33,436 nt of DNA. Origin: Planctomycetota bacterium (lineage in GTDB: Bacteria > Planctomycetota > Planctomycetia > Pirellulales > Lacipirellulaceae). This document shows, piece after piece, positions 9,492 to 18,379 of the stretch. Both the position numbers and the translations under genes were made by a program. The stretch covers positions 1-33,436 of the forward strand of contig JBCCXZ010000043.1 of assembly GCA_039190745.1 (NCBI GenBank), written 5' to 3'. Positions within the stretch are counted from its first letter, which is position 1. Each line of letters starts with the position of its first letter. The notes beneath the pieces were generated by a model that was not told the DNA's origin, made no database searches, and saw nothing but the letters and a program-made list of their open reading frames with translations.

Positions 9492-11790
9492 CATGTCTCG
9501 ATGGACGCACGCCTTGCATGCCTTAGTACTCCTGCTGGTGTTGGGTTCGGCCCCCGCGGCGGCCCAACTTTCCGCGATCCACGCCGCGGTGAATCCACTG
9601 GTCGAGGAATCCATTGGCCGCGGGGATATCCCAGGCTGCGTGGTCACGATCGGGAACAGTTCTGGCGTCTACTACCAAGAGGCGTTTGGACAACGGCAGA
9701 TCGAGCCTACGCCCGAGCCGATGACGGCCGACACGGTTTTCGACCTGGCATCGTTAACCAAGCCCGTAGCGACCGCGACTTCTGTGATGCGGCTCGTCGA
9801 ACAAGGCAGCGTGAGGCTGCGGGCCCCGATTTCTGCTCATTTGCCCGAGTTCGGTGAGAACGGCAAGGGCGAGATCACTATCGAGCAGTTGCTCACACAC
9901 CAAGGTGGCTTGATAGCGGACAACAAGCTCGCCGACTACCAGGACGGCCCCGAGAAGTCCTGGGAGCGCATTTGTGCCTTGGGCCTGAAGGCCGAACCGG
10001 GGAGCCGATTCATCTACACCGACGTCGGGTTCATCGTCCTCGGGAAGCTCGTGGAGAAGGTCTCGGGCAAGCCGCTCAACGAATTCGCTCGTGATGAAGT
10101 CTTTGCCCCGCTTGGTATGGGTGAGACCGGTTTTCTTCCGCCTCAATCGCTCCACGCCCGGACTGCGCCCACGGAATTCCAAGACGGCGCCTGGCTCAAG
10201 GGCACTGTGCACGACCCTCGCGCCGCGCTCTTGGGCGGAGTTGCCGGGCACGCGGGGCTGTTCTCGACGGCAGGCGACCTCGGCCGGTACGCCCGGGCGA
10301 TGCTCCGGACGCTTCACGGCCAAGCAGCCGGGCCGCTCAGCCGCGCCGCCGCGCAAGAGATGATCCGCCCGCGGGATGTCGCCGGCAACTGGAGGGGGCT
10401 CGGCTGGGACTCCGCAAGCCGGTACTCTTCCAACCGCGGCGAACTGCTCAGCAGCCGCGCATTCGGGCACGGCGGGTTTACCGGCACCGCGATGTGGATC
10501 GACCCCGAGTTGGACCTGTACGTAATTGTGCTCTCCAACCGGTTGCACCCGGACGGCAAGGGCTCGGTCAACGATCTCGCGGGCCGGATCGGTTCGATCG
10601 CCGCAGCCAATCGCGCTCAGCGTCATCGCCCCCCTACCCCGGCGATGGCGGAAGCGGCGGTGCAGCTCGGCATCGATGTGCTGCGACGCGACGGCTTCAA
10701 GCAGCTCGCCGGCGCCCGGGTGGGTCTGATTACTAACCACACAGGATTGGACAGCACCGGGGCCAGTGCGATCGACCTCTTGCACGCCGCAGAGTCGTGC
10801 GAGCTGGTTTGTTTGTTCAGCCCGGAGCACGGCATCCGCGGCGAGCTCGACCAGTCGAAGATCTCCGACGGCGTCGATGAGAAGACCGGCCTGCCCGTGT
10901 ACAGCCTGTACGGCAAGACGCGCAAACCGCTGCCCGAGCAGCTCGCGTCGATCGACACGCTTGTGTTCGACATCCAAGATATCGGGACGCGGTTCTACAC
11001 CTACATCTCGACCATGGGCCTGGCGATGGAGGCCGCGGCCGAGTCGGGCAAGAAGTTTATCGTGCTCGACCGCCCGAACCCGATCGGCGGCGTCGCGGTC
11101 GCCGGGCCGGTGCTGGACGCGGGTTCCGAGTCGTTCGTCGCTCACCACACGATCCCGATCCGCCACGGGATGACGGTCGGCGAGCTGGCCATGATGTTCC
11201 GCGGCGAGTTGGGTATCGATGTCAAGTTGCAGATCGTCCAGACCGAAGGTTGGCGTCGCGGCGAGTATTGGGACGCGACCGGGCTGACGTGGGTGAACCC
11301 CTCGCCGAATATGCGTTCGCTGACGCAGGCCTTCCTCTATCCCGGCGTGGGGATTTTGGAGACGACCAACGTTTCGGTCGGCCGCGGGACCGACACGCCT
11401 TTCGAATTGATCGGGGCGCCGTGGATCAACCAACGCGAGCTGGCGGCCGCCCTCAACGCCCGCCGGCTGCCCGGCGTGCGGTTCGTCCCCGTCCGCTTCA
11501 CCCCCGATGCCAGCAAGCACGCCGGCTTGGTTTGCGGGGGGGTGAATATCGTCGTCACCGACCGTGCCGCAGCGGAGCCGATTGGCGTCGGGTTGCAACT
11601 GGCGTTGGAGCTGAGACGCCTCTATCCTGACGACTGGGAAGTCGGTTCACTAAACCGTTTGCTCGGCAATCAGGCCGTTCGAGAAGAGGTCTTGGCCGGC
11701 GTCCCGTTGGAACAGATCACGCAGGGGTACCAAGCCGGCGTCGACGCCTTTCTCGTCCGCCGCTCGGGGCTCCTTCTCTACGAGGAGTAG
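9478..11790 (+). CDS. Exported fusion: beta-lactamase-family serine hydrolase (AmiE-like) plus DUF1343/NamZ exo-beta-N-acetylmuramidase
   Basis: Signal peptide; FDLASLTK (SxxK), LLTH, YTD, GHGGFTG; then GLITNHTG, FSPEHG, FDIQDIGTRFYTY, DRPNP, RHGMTVGE, PSPN, GRGT. Confidence 0.92.
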   Translation: MKTLSMSRWTHALHALVLLLVLGSAPAAAQLSAIHAAVNPLVEESIGRGDIPGCVVTIGNSSGVYYQEAFGQRQIEPTPEPMTADTVFDLASLTKPVATATSVMRLVEQGSVRLRAPISAHLPEFGENGKGEITIEQLLTHQGGLIADNKLADYQDGPEKSWERICALGLKAEPGSRFIYTDVGFIVLGKLVEKVSGKPLNEFARDEVFAPLGMGETGFLPPQSLHARTAPTEFQDGAWLKGTVHDPRAALLGGVAGHAGLFSTAGDLGRYARAMLRTLHGQAAGPLSRAAAQEMIRPRDVAGNWRGLGWDSASRYSSNRGELLSSRAFGHGGFTGTAMWIDPELDLYVIVLSNRLHPDGKGSVNDLAGRIGSIAAANRAQRHRPPTPAMAEAAVQLGIDVLRRDGFKQLAGARVGLITNHTGLDSTGASAIDLLHAAESCELVCLFSPEHGIRGELDQSKISDGVDEKTGLPVYSLYGKTRKPLPEQLASIDTLVFDIQDIGTRFYTYISTMGLAMEAAAESGKKFIVLDRPNPIGGVAVAGPVLDAGSESFVAHHTIPIRHGMTVGELAMMFRGELGIDVKLQIVQTEGWRRGEYWDATGLTWVNPSPNMRSLTQAFLYPGVGILETTNVSVGRGTDTPFELIGAPWINQRELAAALNARRLPGVRFVPVRFTPDASKHAGLVCGGVNIVVTDRAAAEPIGVGLQLALELRRLYPDDWEVGSLNRLLGNQAVREEVLAGVPLEQITQGYQAGVDAFLVRRSGLLLYEE

Positions 11791-11793
11791 ACC

Positions 11794-13567
11794 TTGAAGC
11801 CTTGGAAAACGGCCAACCGCTCTCGCATTCGCAGCACAAGGCCCAGAGGCCGTTGCCCCAGTTGGGTCGCCTGCCTGCTCATCGCCGCTCTGGTTTCTGG
11901 CCGGTGGGAGATGAATAGCTGCGCAGCCGAGCCCGCCGGGCCGCTCGTCATCGACGAGTACGAGGTGGTGATTGCCGGCGGCACGACGGCAGCGCTCGCC
12001 GCGGCGATTGCCAGCGCCGAGAAGGGCGCGAAGACTGCGCTTCTCGAGCCGACCGACTGGATCGGCGGCCAGCTCACCGCCAGCGGGGTTCCCGCCGTCG
12101 ACGAGGCTTGGCACAGCATCACGGACAAGACAACCGGCAAGGTGCTGCTCGATGTTTCGACGCTTGCCCGCAAGCCGAAGAACATGACGCCGAAGTTTCG
12201 CGACATGCTGCTGGAGACCGGCTGCCCCGGGGGGTGCTGGGTGAGCCGGTTCTGCTTCGAGCCGAAGCCCGTCCTCGACGAGCACCTCCTGCCGGCGACC
12301 GCCGCGGTCGCGAGCCGGTTGACCGTCTACCCGAATACCGTCGTGAAGAGCCTGACGACCGATGAGAGCACGAAGCGCGTCACGGGGCTCGTCGCTATCC
12401 GCCGGTTCCCACGGACCGGCGTGAAGTGGCAGGGCTACGACCGCCCGCCTTCAGCCGACATCGTCGATTGGTACAGCGCCGAGCCGTCCGAGCGGTTTGA
12501 GAAACGCACGCTGCGTTTCGACGGCTCCCGGGCGGGTAAACGCTTTGTCGTGATCGAAGCAACCGAGTGGGGCGAGGTGCTCGCGCTATGCGGGGCCCGC
12601 TACTTGGTCGGCGTCGATGAATTCGACGGTGCGGTGAAGGGCGACGACACCTATGGCCAGGCGACCGTGTACGGCGTGGTGCAGGAGTACTCTGAAGAGC
12701 CCAAGATCGAGCCGGTCCCAGACCTGGGCGTCGACCGGCTTGGTTTCGGCCCCTACACCGAGCGAGACGACGCATGGGAGAAGATCTGGACCTACCGCCG
12801 GCTCCGCGGCAGCGGCGACAAGCCCCAGCCGGGGGACCTCTCGCTGCAGAACTGGGGCTACTCCAGCGAGACGAACGACGGCGGAAACGACTACCCGTTC
12901 GAGTACCTGTTCAAGACGAAGGCCGCCACCGACGAAGAAGCGGATGACTGGCACGGCGGTGTCGACCTCGGCGTGCTGGAGGCTTCGGAAAAGCGGGCGC
13001 TCGCTTGGCACTACTGGCTGAAGGCGAACACGCCCGAGGGGATCGAGCCGGAGCAGATCACTCTCTCGATTGGCACGCTCGGCACGGGCCATGGGCTCTC
13101 GAAGCTGCCCTACATCCGCGACACGCGGCGTTCGATCGGCCTAGACGGCTTTGTGCTGCGGTTTGCCGACCTGAGCGGCTCGGCCTCGCAGCGGACGGGG
13201 ACCAAGTTTGCCGACCGGATCGCGATCGGCGCCTACCCCGGCGGACGTCCACCCGATGGTCGGCCGTGACTACCCAGAGTACGTCTTGGAGGTGCACGAC
13301 ACGCTGCCGTTCTACGTCCCCTTCCGGGCGCTGACGCACTACAAGTACACCAACGTGCTCGTGGCGGGGAAGACGATGGCGCAGAGCTTCTTAGCAAACT
13401 CTGCGACGCGGCTGCACCCGACGGAGTGGTCGTCTGGCGTCGCGGCGGGGTGTGCGGGGGCGATGATGGTCGAGTGGGGTTGGACCACCGAGGACGTGTA
13501 CGACCGAGTCTCACTCTTGCAAGCGGTGGTGAAAGAGAAGACGCCCATCGACTGGACGTTCAAGTAG
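11794..13567 (+). pseudogene. FAD-dependent oxidoreductase split by a +1 frameshift (pseudogene or sequence error)
   Basis: VVIAGGTTAALAAAIASA, WIGGQLT, EATEWGE, PYIRDTRR in frame 1; ADVHP, PFYVPFRAL, NVLVAGK, ATRLHPTEWSSGVAAG in frame 2. Removing one base at 13236-13241 gives one ORF of about 590 aa. Confidence 0.85.
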
Positions 13568-15230
13568 CGTTGGGTTTGGACGCTGCGCACGGGGTCTCGC
13601 GGGGGTCGTCGACTTCCTCGGGGGCGATGTGGTAGTTGTTCCACTGCACGGAGTAGGCGTCTTCGAACCACTCGCGGATCGGCCGCTCGCGGTCGGGCTC
13701 GAACTCGGGGCGGACGTGATGCGTGCCGCCGAGCACGGGGCCACGGAGCTCTCCGTCGTCGATCACCACCACCCCGCCCTTGATGACCGTCCGGGGCAGC
13801 TGGAACATCCTCTCGCGGTCGTCGTCGGGCGTGTACACGGTGATGTCGGCGTCGGCGCCGACGCCCAGGTGGCCCTTCTGCGTGAGCCCCAGCATCCGCG
13901 CCGGGGCGGCGCGGGTGACGGTGGCGATCTCGCCGAGGGTGTACTCGCGGTCGAGTTCGTACAGGCCGGTGCGTTCGCGGACTTTGTCGGGGCAGGATTC
14001 GATCAGCTCTTTGCGGTAGTGGCGGTCCATCAGCAGACGGATCAGCTGTGGGTAGGCGAGGAACGAGGCCCCGTTGGGCGAGTCGGTGCTAAGGGCCAGA
14101 CGCCAAGGGTCGTCGATCATCAGGAACCACTCGAGCCCGATGGCCCACTGGACGGCGTTCACCAGAGACTTGTTCTTGTAGCTGATAGGCGAGACGCCGC
14201 AGCCGGACTCCATCTCGGCGTCAGCGCTGAACCACTTCTTGCCGCTGAGGTTGGCGAGGAAGTGCCCGAGGGGGCCGTCGCCGGTCATGCTGGTGGTGTT
14301 GCCAAAGAGGACCTGGCCGACGTCGACGGTGATGTTGGAGTTGGCGTTGACGTAGTCCACCAGCGGCTCGGTGCAGCTGTAGAGGCCGGCCTCGTCTTCG
14401 CCCCCGCCGCCGTAGCTGTGGAACTGGATGTGGGTGATGTGCCCGCGGCGGCCTTCGAGGGCCTGCATGCTGGCGAGGGTGGTTTCCCAGTTTCCGGGTA
14501 TGCCGAGGTTGTTGCAGTGGAGGTGCATCGCGTGGGGCAGGCCGAGTTCCTCTGCGGCTTGCGCCACGCCGGCGATGATCTGCCGGGGCGAGACGTCGAA
14601 TGGTTCGATCGTTTGGTCGATGCTGTCGATCACCCGCGGGCCGCCGGACTTCCAGGCCTCCACGCCGGCGGGGTTCACGAGCTTGGGGGCGTAGGCCTTG
14701 GTGGCGGAGAGGAGCCAGGCGAGGAACGTGCGGGCCTGGTCGCGGTCTCCGGTGGCGAGGGCCTTCATCAGGTAGTGGTTGTTGCCCGCGAGGACGTAGA
14801 AGCCTTTGTCGATGCAGGGGGTGTCGTGGAACTCGGCGTGGGCGTGGCGGGCTCCGCCGGGCGGGATGGCCGCGTCGAACGCGGTGGTGTAGCCCAGGCC
14901 GGCGTATTTGTAGCCCGCGGCGAAGGTGCTGGGGACGCTGCCGAGCGTGCCGCCGCGGGTGATGGCGGTGCGGTGGAGTAGATTGTCGCCGTGGTTCTCT
15001 TCGGGCCGCATGAGCCGGGCGGCGGAGACCTTGGGGCCGGCGATGTGGCAGTGCATGTCGATGCCGCCGGGCATGATGACCTGGCCGCGGGCGTCGATGG
15101 TGCGTTCGGGCTTGATGGCCGGGTCGGTCGGCGGGGCGACGATGCGGCCGCCTTCGATCCATAGGTCTGCGACTTCTCCGTCGACGCCGTTGGCGGGGTC
15201 GTAGATGGTGCCGCCGGCGATAAGGAGCAT
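13560..15230 (-). CDS. fhcA: Formylmethanofuran dehydrogenase / formyltransferase-hydrolase complex subunit A
   Basis: YDPANGVDGE, GGIDMHCHIAG, YAGLGYTT, KLVNP, HLHCNNLG, HITHIQFHSYGG, QWAIGLE, STDSPNG, TRAAPA, KGHLGVGADAD. Confidence 0.93.
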   Translation of the reverse strand: MLLIAGGTIYDPANGVDGEVADLWIEGGRIVAPPTDPAIKPERTIDARGQVIMPGGIDMHCHIAGPKVSAARLMRPEENHGDNLLHRTAITRGGTLGSVPSTFAAGYKYAGLGYTTAFDAAIPPGGARHAHAEFHDTPCIDKGFYVLAGNNHYLMKALATGDRDQARTFLAWLLSATKAYAPKLVNPAGVEAWKSGGPRVIDSIDQTIEPFDVSPRQIIAGVAQAAEELGLPHAMHLHCNNLGIPGNWETTLASMQALEGRRGHITHIQFHSYGGGGEDEAGLYSCTEPLVDYVNANSNITVDVGQVLFGNTTSMTGDGPLGHFLANLSGKKWFSADAEMESGCGVSPISYKNKSLVNAVQWAIGLEWFLMIDDPWRLALSTDSPNGASFLAYPQLIRLLMDRHYRKELIESCPDKVRERTGLYELDREYTLGEIATVTRAAPARMLGLTQKGHLGVGADADITVYTPDDDRERMFQLPRTVIKGGVVVIDDGELRGPVLGGTHHVRPEFEPDRERPIREWFEDAYSVQWNNYHIAPEEVDDPRETPCAASKPNAT

Positions 15231-15240
15231 TGGGTGGAGT

Positions 15241-15266
15241 GGGAGTGGGAGAAGGGAGTGGGAGAA
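15241..15266 (+). repeat. Tandem 13-bp repeat (GGGAGTGGGAGAA)x2 with G-quadruplex pattern
   Basis: Read directly: GGG AGT GGG AGAA GGG AGT GGG, 10 bp upstream of the fhcA start. Confidence 0.85.
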
Positions 15267-15460
15267 TAACCGTGGGTTTTGGCCGTTGAGTCGGTTTTGG
15301 CTCGGATTCGGGGACTCGCGGCGATATGCCTAAAGTCGGTTGTTTTGTCGGGGTTGGGTGCGGTTTCGCCAGCGACGCGTAGCGTCGCGGCTAGTTGCGG
15401 GGTGACTTAATAGATCGAGTTTCCGTTCATTCGTGTTGAGTTTTTTGGGACAGAACCGCC

Positions 15461-15886
15461 CTACGCGGGGGCGGCGGTATGCTGGACGAGCTCGGTTTTC
15501 TCTCGGCCGGGGTACATGGCGAAGGCGACGAGGGTGAAGTAGACGCACACCGCGGCGGCGGCGTAGGGGAAGTTGTGCTCGTCGACCCGCGGCGGGGCGC
15601 CGGCGCCTTGGGCGGGGCCGAACGCGGAGAGCACGATGAACAGGTCGACGAAGATAAAGGCGGTGGTAGTGAAGCCGAGGGCGAGCAGCTGGGCGGTGCG
15701 GAACCCGCGGGGGCAGTAGTTGGCGTCGATCTGTTGCTTGCCGACGTAGAAGCGGGCAAAGAACGCGGCGATGGGCAAGCCGATGACGACCAGGAGGCCG
15801 AGCCCCATAGCATTCCCGAGCACGGCGGCTGCGAGCCACGAGAGGCCCGCGACGGCGCAGGGCAGCAGTCCGTCCCAGCCGATCAC
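15461..15886 (-). CDS. Hypothetical membrane protein (about 4 TM)
   Basis: 141 aa, hydrophobic segments, host-like codon usage, ends FAMYPGRE; start uncertain. Confidence 0.7.
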   Translation of the reverse strand: MIGWDGLLPCAVAGLSWLAAAVLGNAMGLGLLVVIGLPIAAFFARFYVGKQQIDANYCPRGFRTAQLLALGFTTTAFIFVDLFIVLSAFGPAQGAGAPPRVDEHNFPYAAAAVCVYFTLVAFAMYPGREKTELVQHTAAPA

Positions 15887-15981
15887 CCGGATTGCCCAGG
15901 CGCGGTAGTCGGTGGTCTCGTCGTAGTGGCCGAAGCGTTCCAGGGTGGGGCCGTTGGGGGAGGGTGCGGGTCAGCTACCGG

Positions 15982-16038
15982 TGTAGCAGAACGGCTGGCC
16001 CAATTTCAATCGAAAAATGTGAGGGATTGCCCCGGAGG
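15982..16038. repeat. 57-bp direct repeat, copy 1
   Basis: TGTAGCAGAACGGCTGGCCCAATTTCAATCGAAAAATGTGAGGGATTGCCCCGGAGG; 55/57 identical to 18209-18265. Confidence 0.95.
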
Positions 16039-16058
16039 CCGCAGAGCGTACGGCGTGT

Positions 16059-17282
16059 TTATGCGGTTTGCGTGTTCGTTGCCACGAATTTCGTGCTTGA
16101 TTTGGGTTGCATCAGCAGCTTGCCGAACTTGGAGTGCACTCCGGTGTGCTGGAGTTCGGCCACGTCGGGGCCCATGCCCCGACCGATCCCGATGACCAGA
16201 GCCGCGGTGAGCCCCAGAGCCAACGGACCATCGACGCCGGCGATGCCGTGGAGCGTGTACGGCAGCGTGGCGGCGATGCAGAACATCAGCAGCGGGGCGA
16301 CGAAGATCACGTCGTGCTTGGGCACGATCCACTGTCGGTTTGCCAGCCGCAGGTCGATGCAGAAGTGGTCGCAGATAACCGACGAGTACGCACCGCACCG
16401 CAGGACGGCGGCCAAGAAGCCGATCATCGCGGCCACTGGGAAGAGTGACGGGACCCCGCCCGGTTCTGCATTTTCAGCGGCGTCGACGAGGAACCAAAAC
16501 CACCCGCCCGCAAGGGACGCTTCGGCGGCTGCGCGGAGCTTGCCAACGCGGCACTCGCCGAGATTCAGCAGCCGGTTGTAGGGCCAACCGAGAAACTCTC
16601 TCGTGCTCATCCACCCGATGGTCCCGTCGAGCAGCGGTTCGCCATAGGTTGGGAATTGTCGCAGTGCCGACCGCACGCCGTGCCAGCCGATCGCGGCGAG
16701 CAGCAACGCCAGCACCGCCGCGGGGGCTTGGTTTGGGGCCGCGGCCATGAAGACCACCGGCAGGGCTGCTGCGGCGTAGCAGTGCGCGATCTGGCCGGTC
16801 ATCGCGTTGGCGAGGGTCCAGGCCAACGCCGACCCGATGAGGAACGCCAGGGCGGGGATCGGGGTGAGGGTGGCCGGGTTGTGGCCCAGCCCGTAGCCGA
16901 TGGGGACCACAACGGACGTGAAGACCGCAAGCGCTGCGACTTCGGGCCATCTAATGTGCAGCGGGCCCTTCGGCAAGGGGAGCGATGGGTCCCAGGGCGT
17001 TCTGGCCAGCCACTCAGAGTATTTCGGGTCGAACACGGGGTGGAAGACGACCCCCTTAAGCAATCCCCAGGCTAAAGGCGAGTAGGCGAGCACAAGCGCC
17101 GCCGGCATCATGAATTCCTCGAAAAGGATCTGCATCAGCGATTCGACGGAGTGCGCATGCCGGACGAGCGCGGCCAAGATCAACAGGCCTATGACCGAGC
17201 AGACGCCGGCGACCCCGAAGCCGATGGCGAGTACTCGCTTGTCTCTCAAGAAGGCGGCGAGGGTGGCGGGGAGGCGGATCAT
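16059..17282 (-). CDS. Multi-pass membrane protein, probable ABC exporter permease
   Basis: About 10 hydrophobic segments; HPVFDPKYSEWLARTPW motif; ATGA overlap with the ABC ATPase. Confidence 0.8.
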   Translation of the reverse strand: MIRLPATLAAFLRDKRVLAIGFGVAGVCSVIGLLILAALVRHAHSVESLMQILFEEFMMPAALVLAYSPLAWGLLKGVVFHPVFDPKYSEWLARTPWDPSLPLPKGPLHIRWPEVAALAVFTSVVVPIGYGLGHNPATLTPIPALAFLIGSALAWTLANAMTGQIAHCYAAAALPVVFMAAAPNQAPAAVLALLLAAIGWHGVRSALRQFPTYGEPLLDGTIGWMSTREFLGWPYNRLLNLGECRVGKLRAAAEASLAGGWFWFLVDAAENAEPGGVPSLFPVAAMIGFLAAVLRCGAYSSVICDHFCIDLRLANRQWIVPKHDVIFVAPLLMFCIAATLPYTLHGIAGVDGPLALGLTAALVIGIGRGMGPDVAELQHTGVHSKFGKLLMQPKSSTKFVATNTQTA

Positions 17283-18058
17283 TCTTGGGGCTCTTGCTGG
17301 AAGTACTCGCCGACGGCGTCGATGGCTTCGGGGTACAGGATCTTGCCGAGCGCTTGCTCGAACGACGCTTCGCCGGCCTGCTCTTGGATCTGCCCAGGGG
17401 TCGCGATCAGGGAGACGGTTTGGTCTTGGATGATCGCCACCCGGTCGGCGAGTTCTTCGACGAGTGCGGGCACGGGCGTGGTCATCACGACGGTGACCTG
17501 GGCGTCCTCACGGAGCCGCTTGAGGACGCCTTTGAGGGCGAGGATGCCGGCCGGGTCGAGCCCGCCGGAGAACGGTTCGTCCAGCAGCAGGTACGGCGCT
17601 TCGGTCATCAGCGCCGACGCGAGCGCGATTTTTTTCCGTTGCCCGGTGGAGTAGTTGCTGATGACGGCGTCTTGCTTCTCCTCGAGGTGGAACAGCTTCA
17701 GGAGACGGTCGGCGTGGTCGAAGCAGCGGAAGTCGTCTATGCCGTAGAGGCCGCCGACGCTCACCAGGAACTCGCGGCCCGTGTGATTTGCGGGGAGCCA
17801 AGTGTCGTCGGGCAGGTAGGTGATTCTCTGGCGGAGTTGCTTTTCCTGCTGCACCGTTTCTCGGAGGCGGACGCCGTCGAACTCGACGTGGCCGCGGACG
17901 GGCCAGATGGCGCCGGCCATGCAGCCGAGGAGCGTGGTCTTGCCGGAGCCGTTGGGGCCGAGGAGGACGACAAGCTCGCCGGCCTCGACGGAGAGGTCGA
18001 CGTCTTTGAGGACGGGGCGGAGGCCGTAGTGGTGGGAGAGTCCGCAGACTCGGATCAT
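17279..18058 (-). CDS. ABC transporter ATP-binding protein
   Basis: Walker A GPNGSGKTT, signature YSTGQRKK, Walker B LLLDEPFSGGLDP; start MIRVCGLSHHYG at 18058. Confidence 0.93.
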   Translation of the reverse strand: MIRVCGLSHHYGLRPVLKDVDLSVEAGELVVLLGPNGSGKTTLLGCMAGAIWPVRGHVEFDGVRLRETVQQEKQLRQRITYLPDDTWLPANHTGREFLVSVGGLYGIDDFRCFDHADRLLKLFHLEEKQDAVISNYSTGQRKKIALASALMTEAPYLLLDEPFSGGLDPAGILALKGVLKRLREDAQVTVVMTTPVPALVEELADRVAIIQDQTVSLIATPGQIQEQAGEASFEQALGKILYPEAIDAVGEYFQQEPQE

Positions 18059-18208
18059 GGGATGACGCCGGGGTGGAGGGGCTGTTTTCTGTGGTTCGTC
18101 CGCGGTGCGGAGAGCTGGCGAGAAATCCGGCCGATGCGGATCGGAGTATGACCGGTTGCCGGTCTTGGACGGCCGCCCAGGCGGGCTTGCCGGAGGCCGC
18201 ACCACCTC

Positions 18209-18265
18209 TGTAGCAGAACGGCTGGCCCAATTTCAATCGAAGAATGTGAGGGATTGCCGCGGAGG
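18209..18265. repeat. 57-bp direct repeat, copy 2
   Basis: TGTAGCAGAACGGCTGGCCCAATTTCAATCGAAGAATGTGAGGGATTGCCGCGGAGG. Confidence 0.95.
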
Positions 18266-18321
18266 TCTATCCGACATCGAGGATGCAACGAATTCCACGG
18301 ATGCGGAGGCCCACGCGCACG

Positions 18322-18351
18322 AAAAAAGCCGGGGACGAAGCCGTCCCCGGC
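18322..18351 (-). terminator. Rho-independent terminator of the PEP-CTERM gene
   Basis: Minus strand GCCGGGGACG-GCTT-CGTCCCCGGC-TTTTTT, perfect 10-bp stem. Confidence 0.9.
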
Positions 18352-18379
18352 GTTGGAAGGTTGGAGTTGGACTGTCGGC

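Noticed and set aside
9754..11598. 614-aa minus-strand ORF and similar long shadow ORFs (3436-4758, 13629-14981, 17285-18151, 22768-24357, 32564-33391)
   Set aside because: Antisense or off-frame to well-supported genes with no motifs; expected in high-GC DNA.
13236..13241. Programmed frameshift or phase variation in the FAD oxidoreductase
   Set aside because: No slippery heptamer or long homopolymer; point indel or sequencing error is simpler.
15372..15388. GCGACGC-GTA-GCGTCGC hairpin as REP element
   Set aside because: Single copy in the window and only a 7-bp stem.
15982..18265. 57-bp repeats as CRISPR array or integron attC sites
   Set aside because: Only two full copies 2.2 kb apart, no spacers or cas genes, no RYYYAAC/GTTRRRY ends with internal palindrome.
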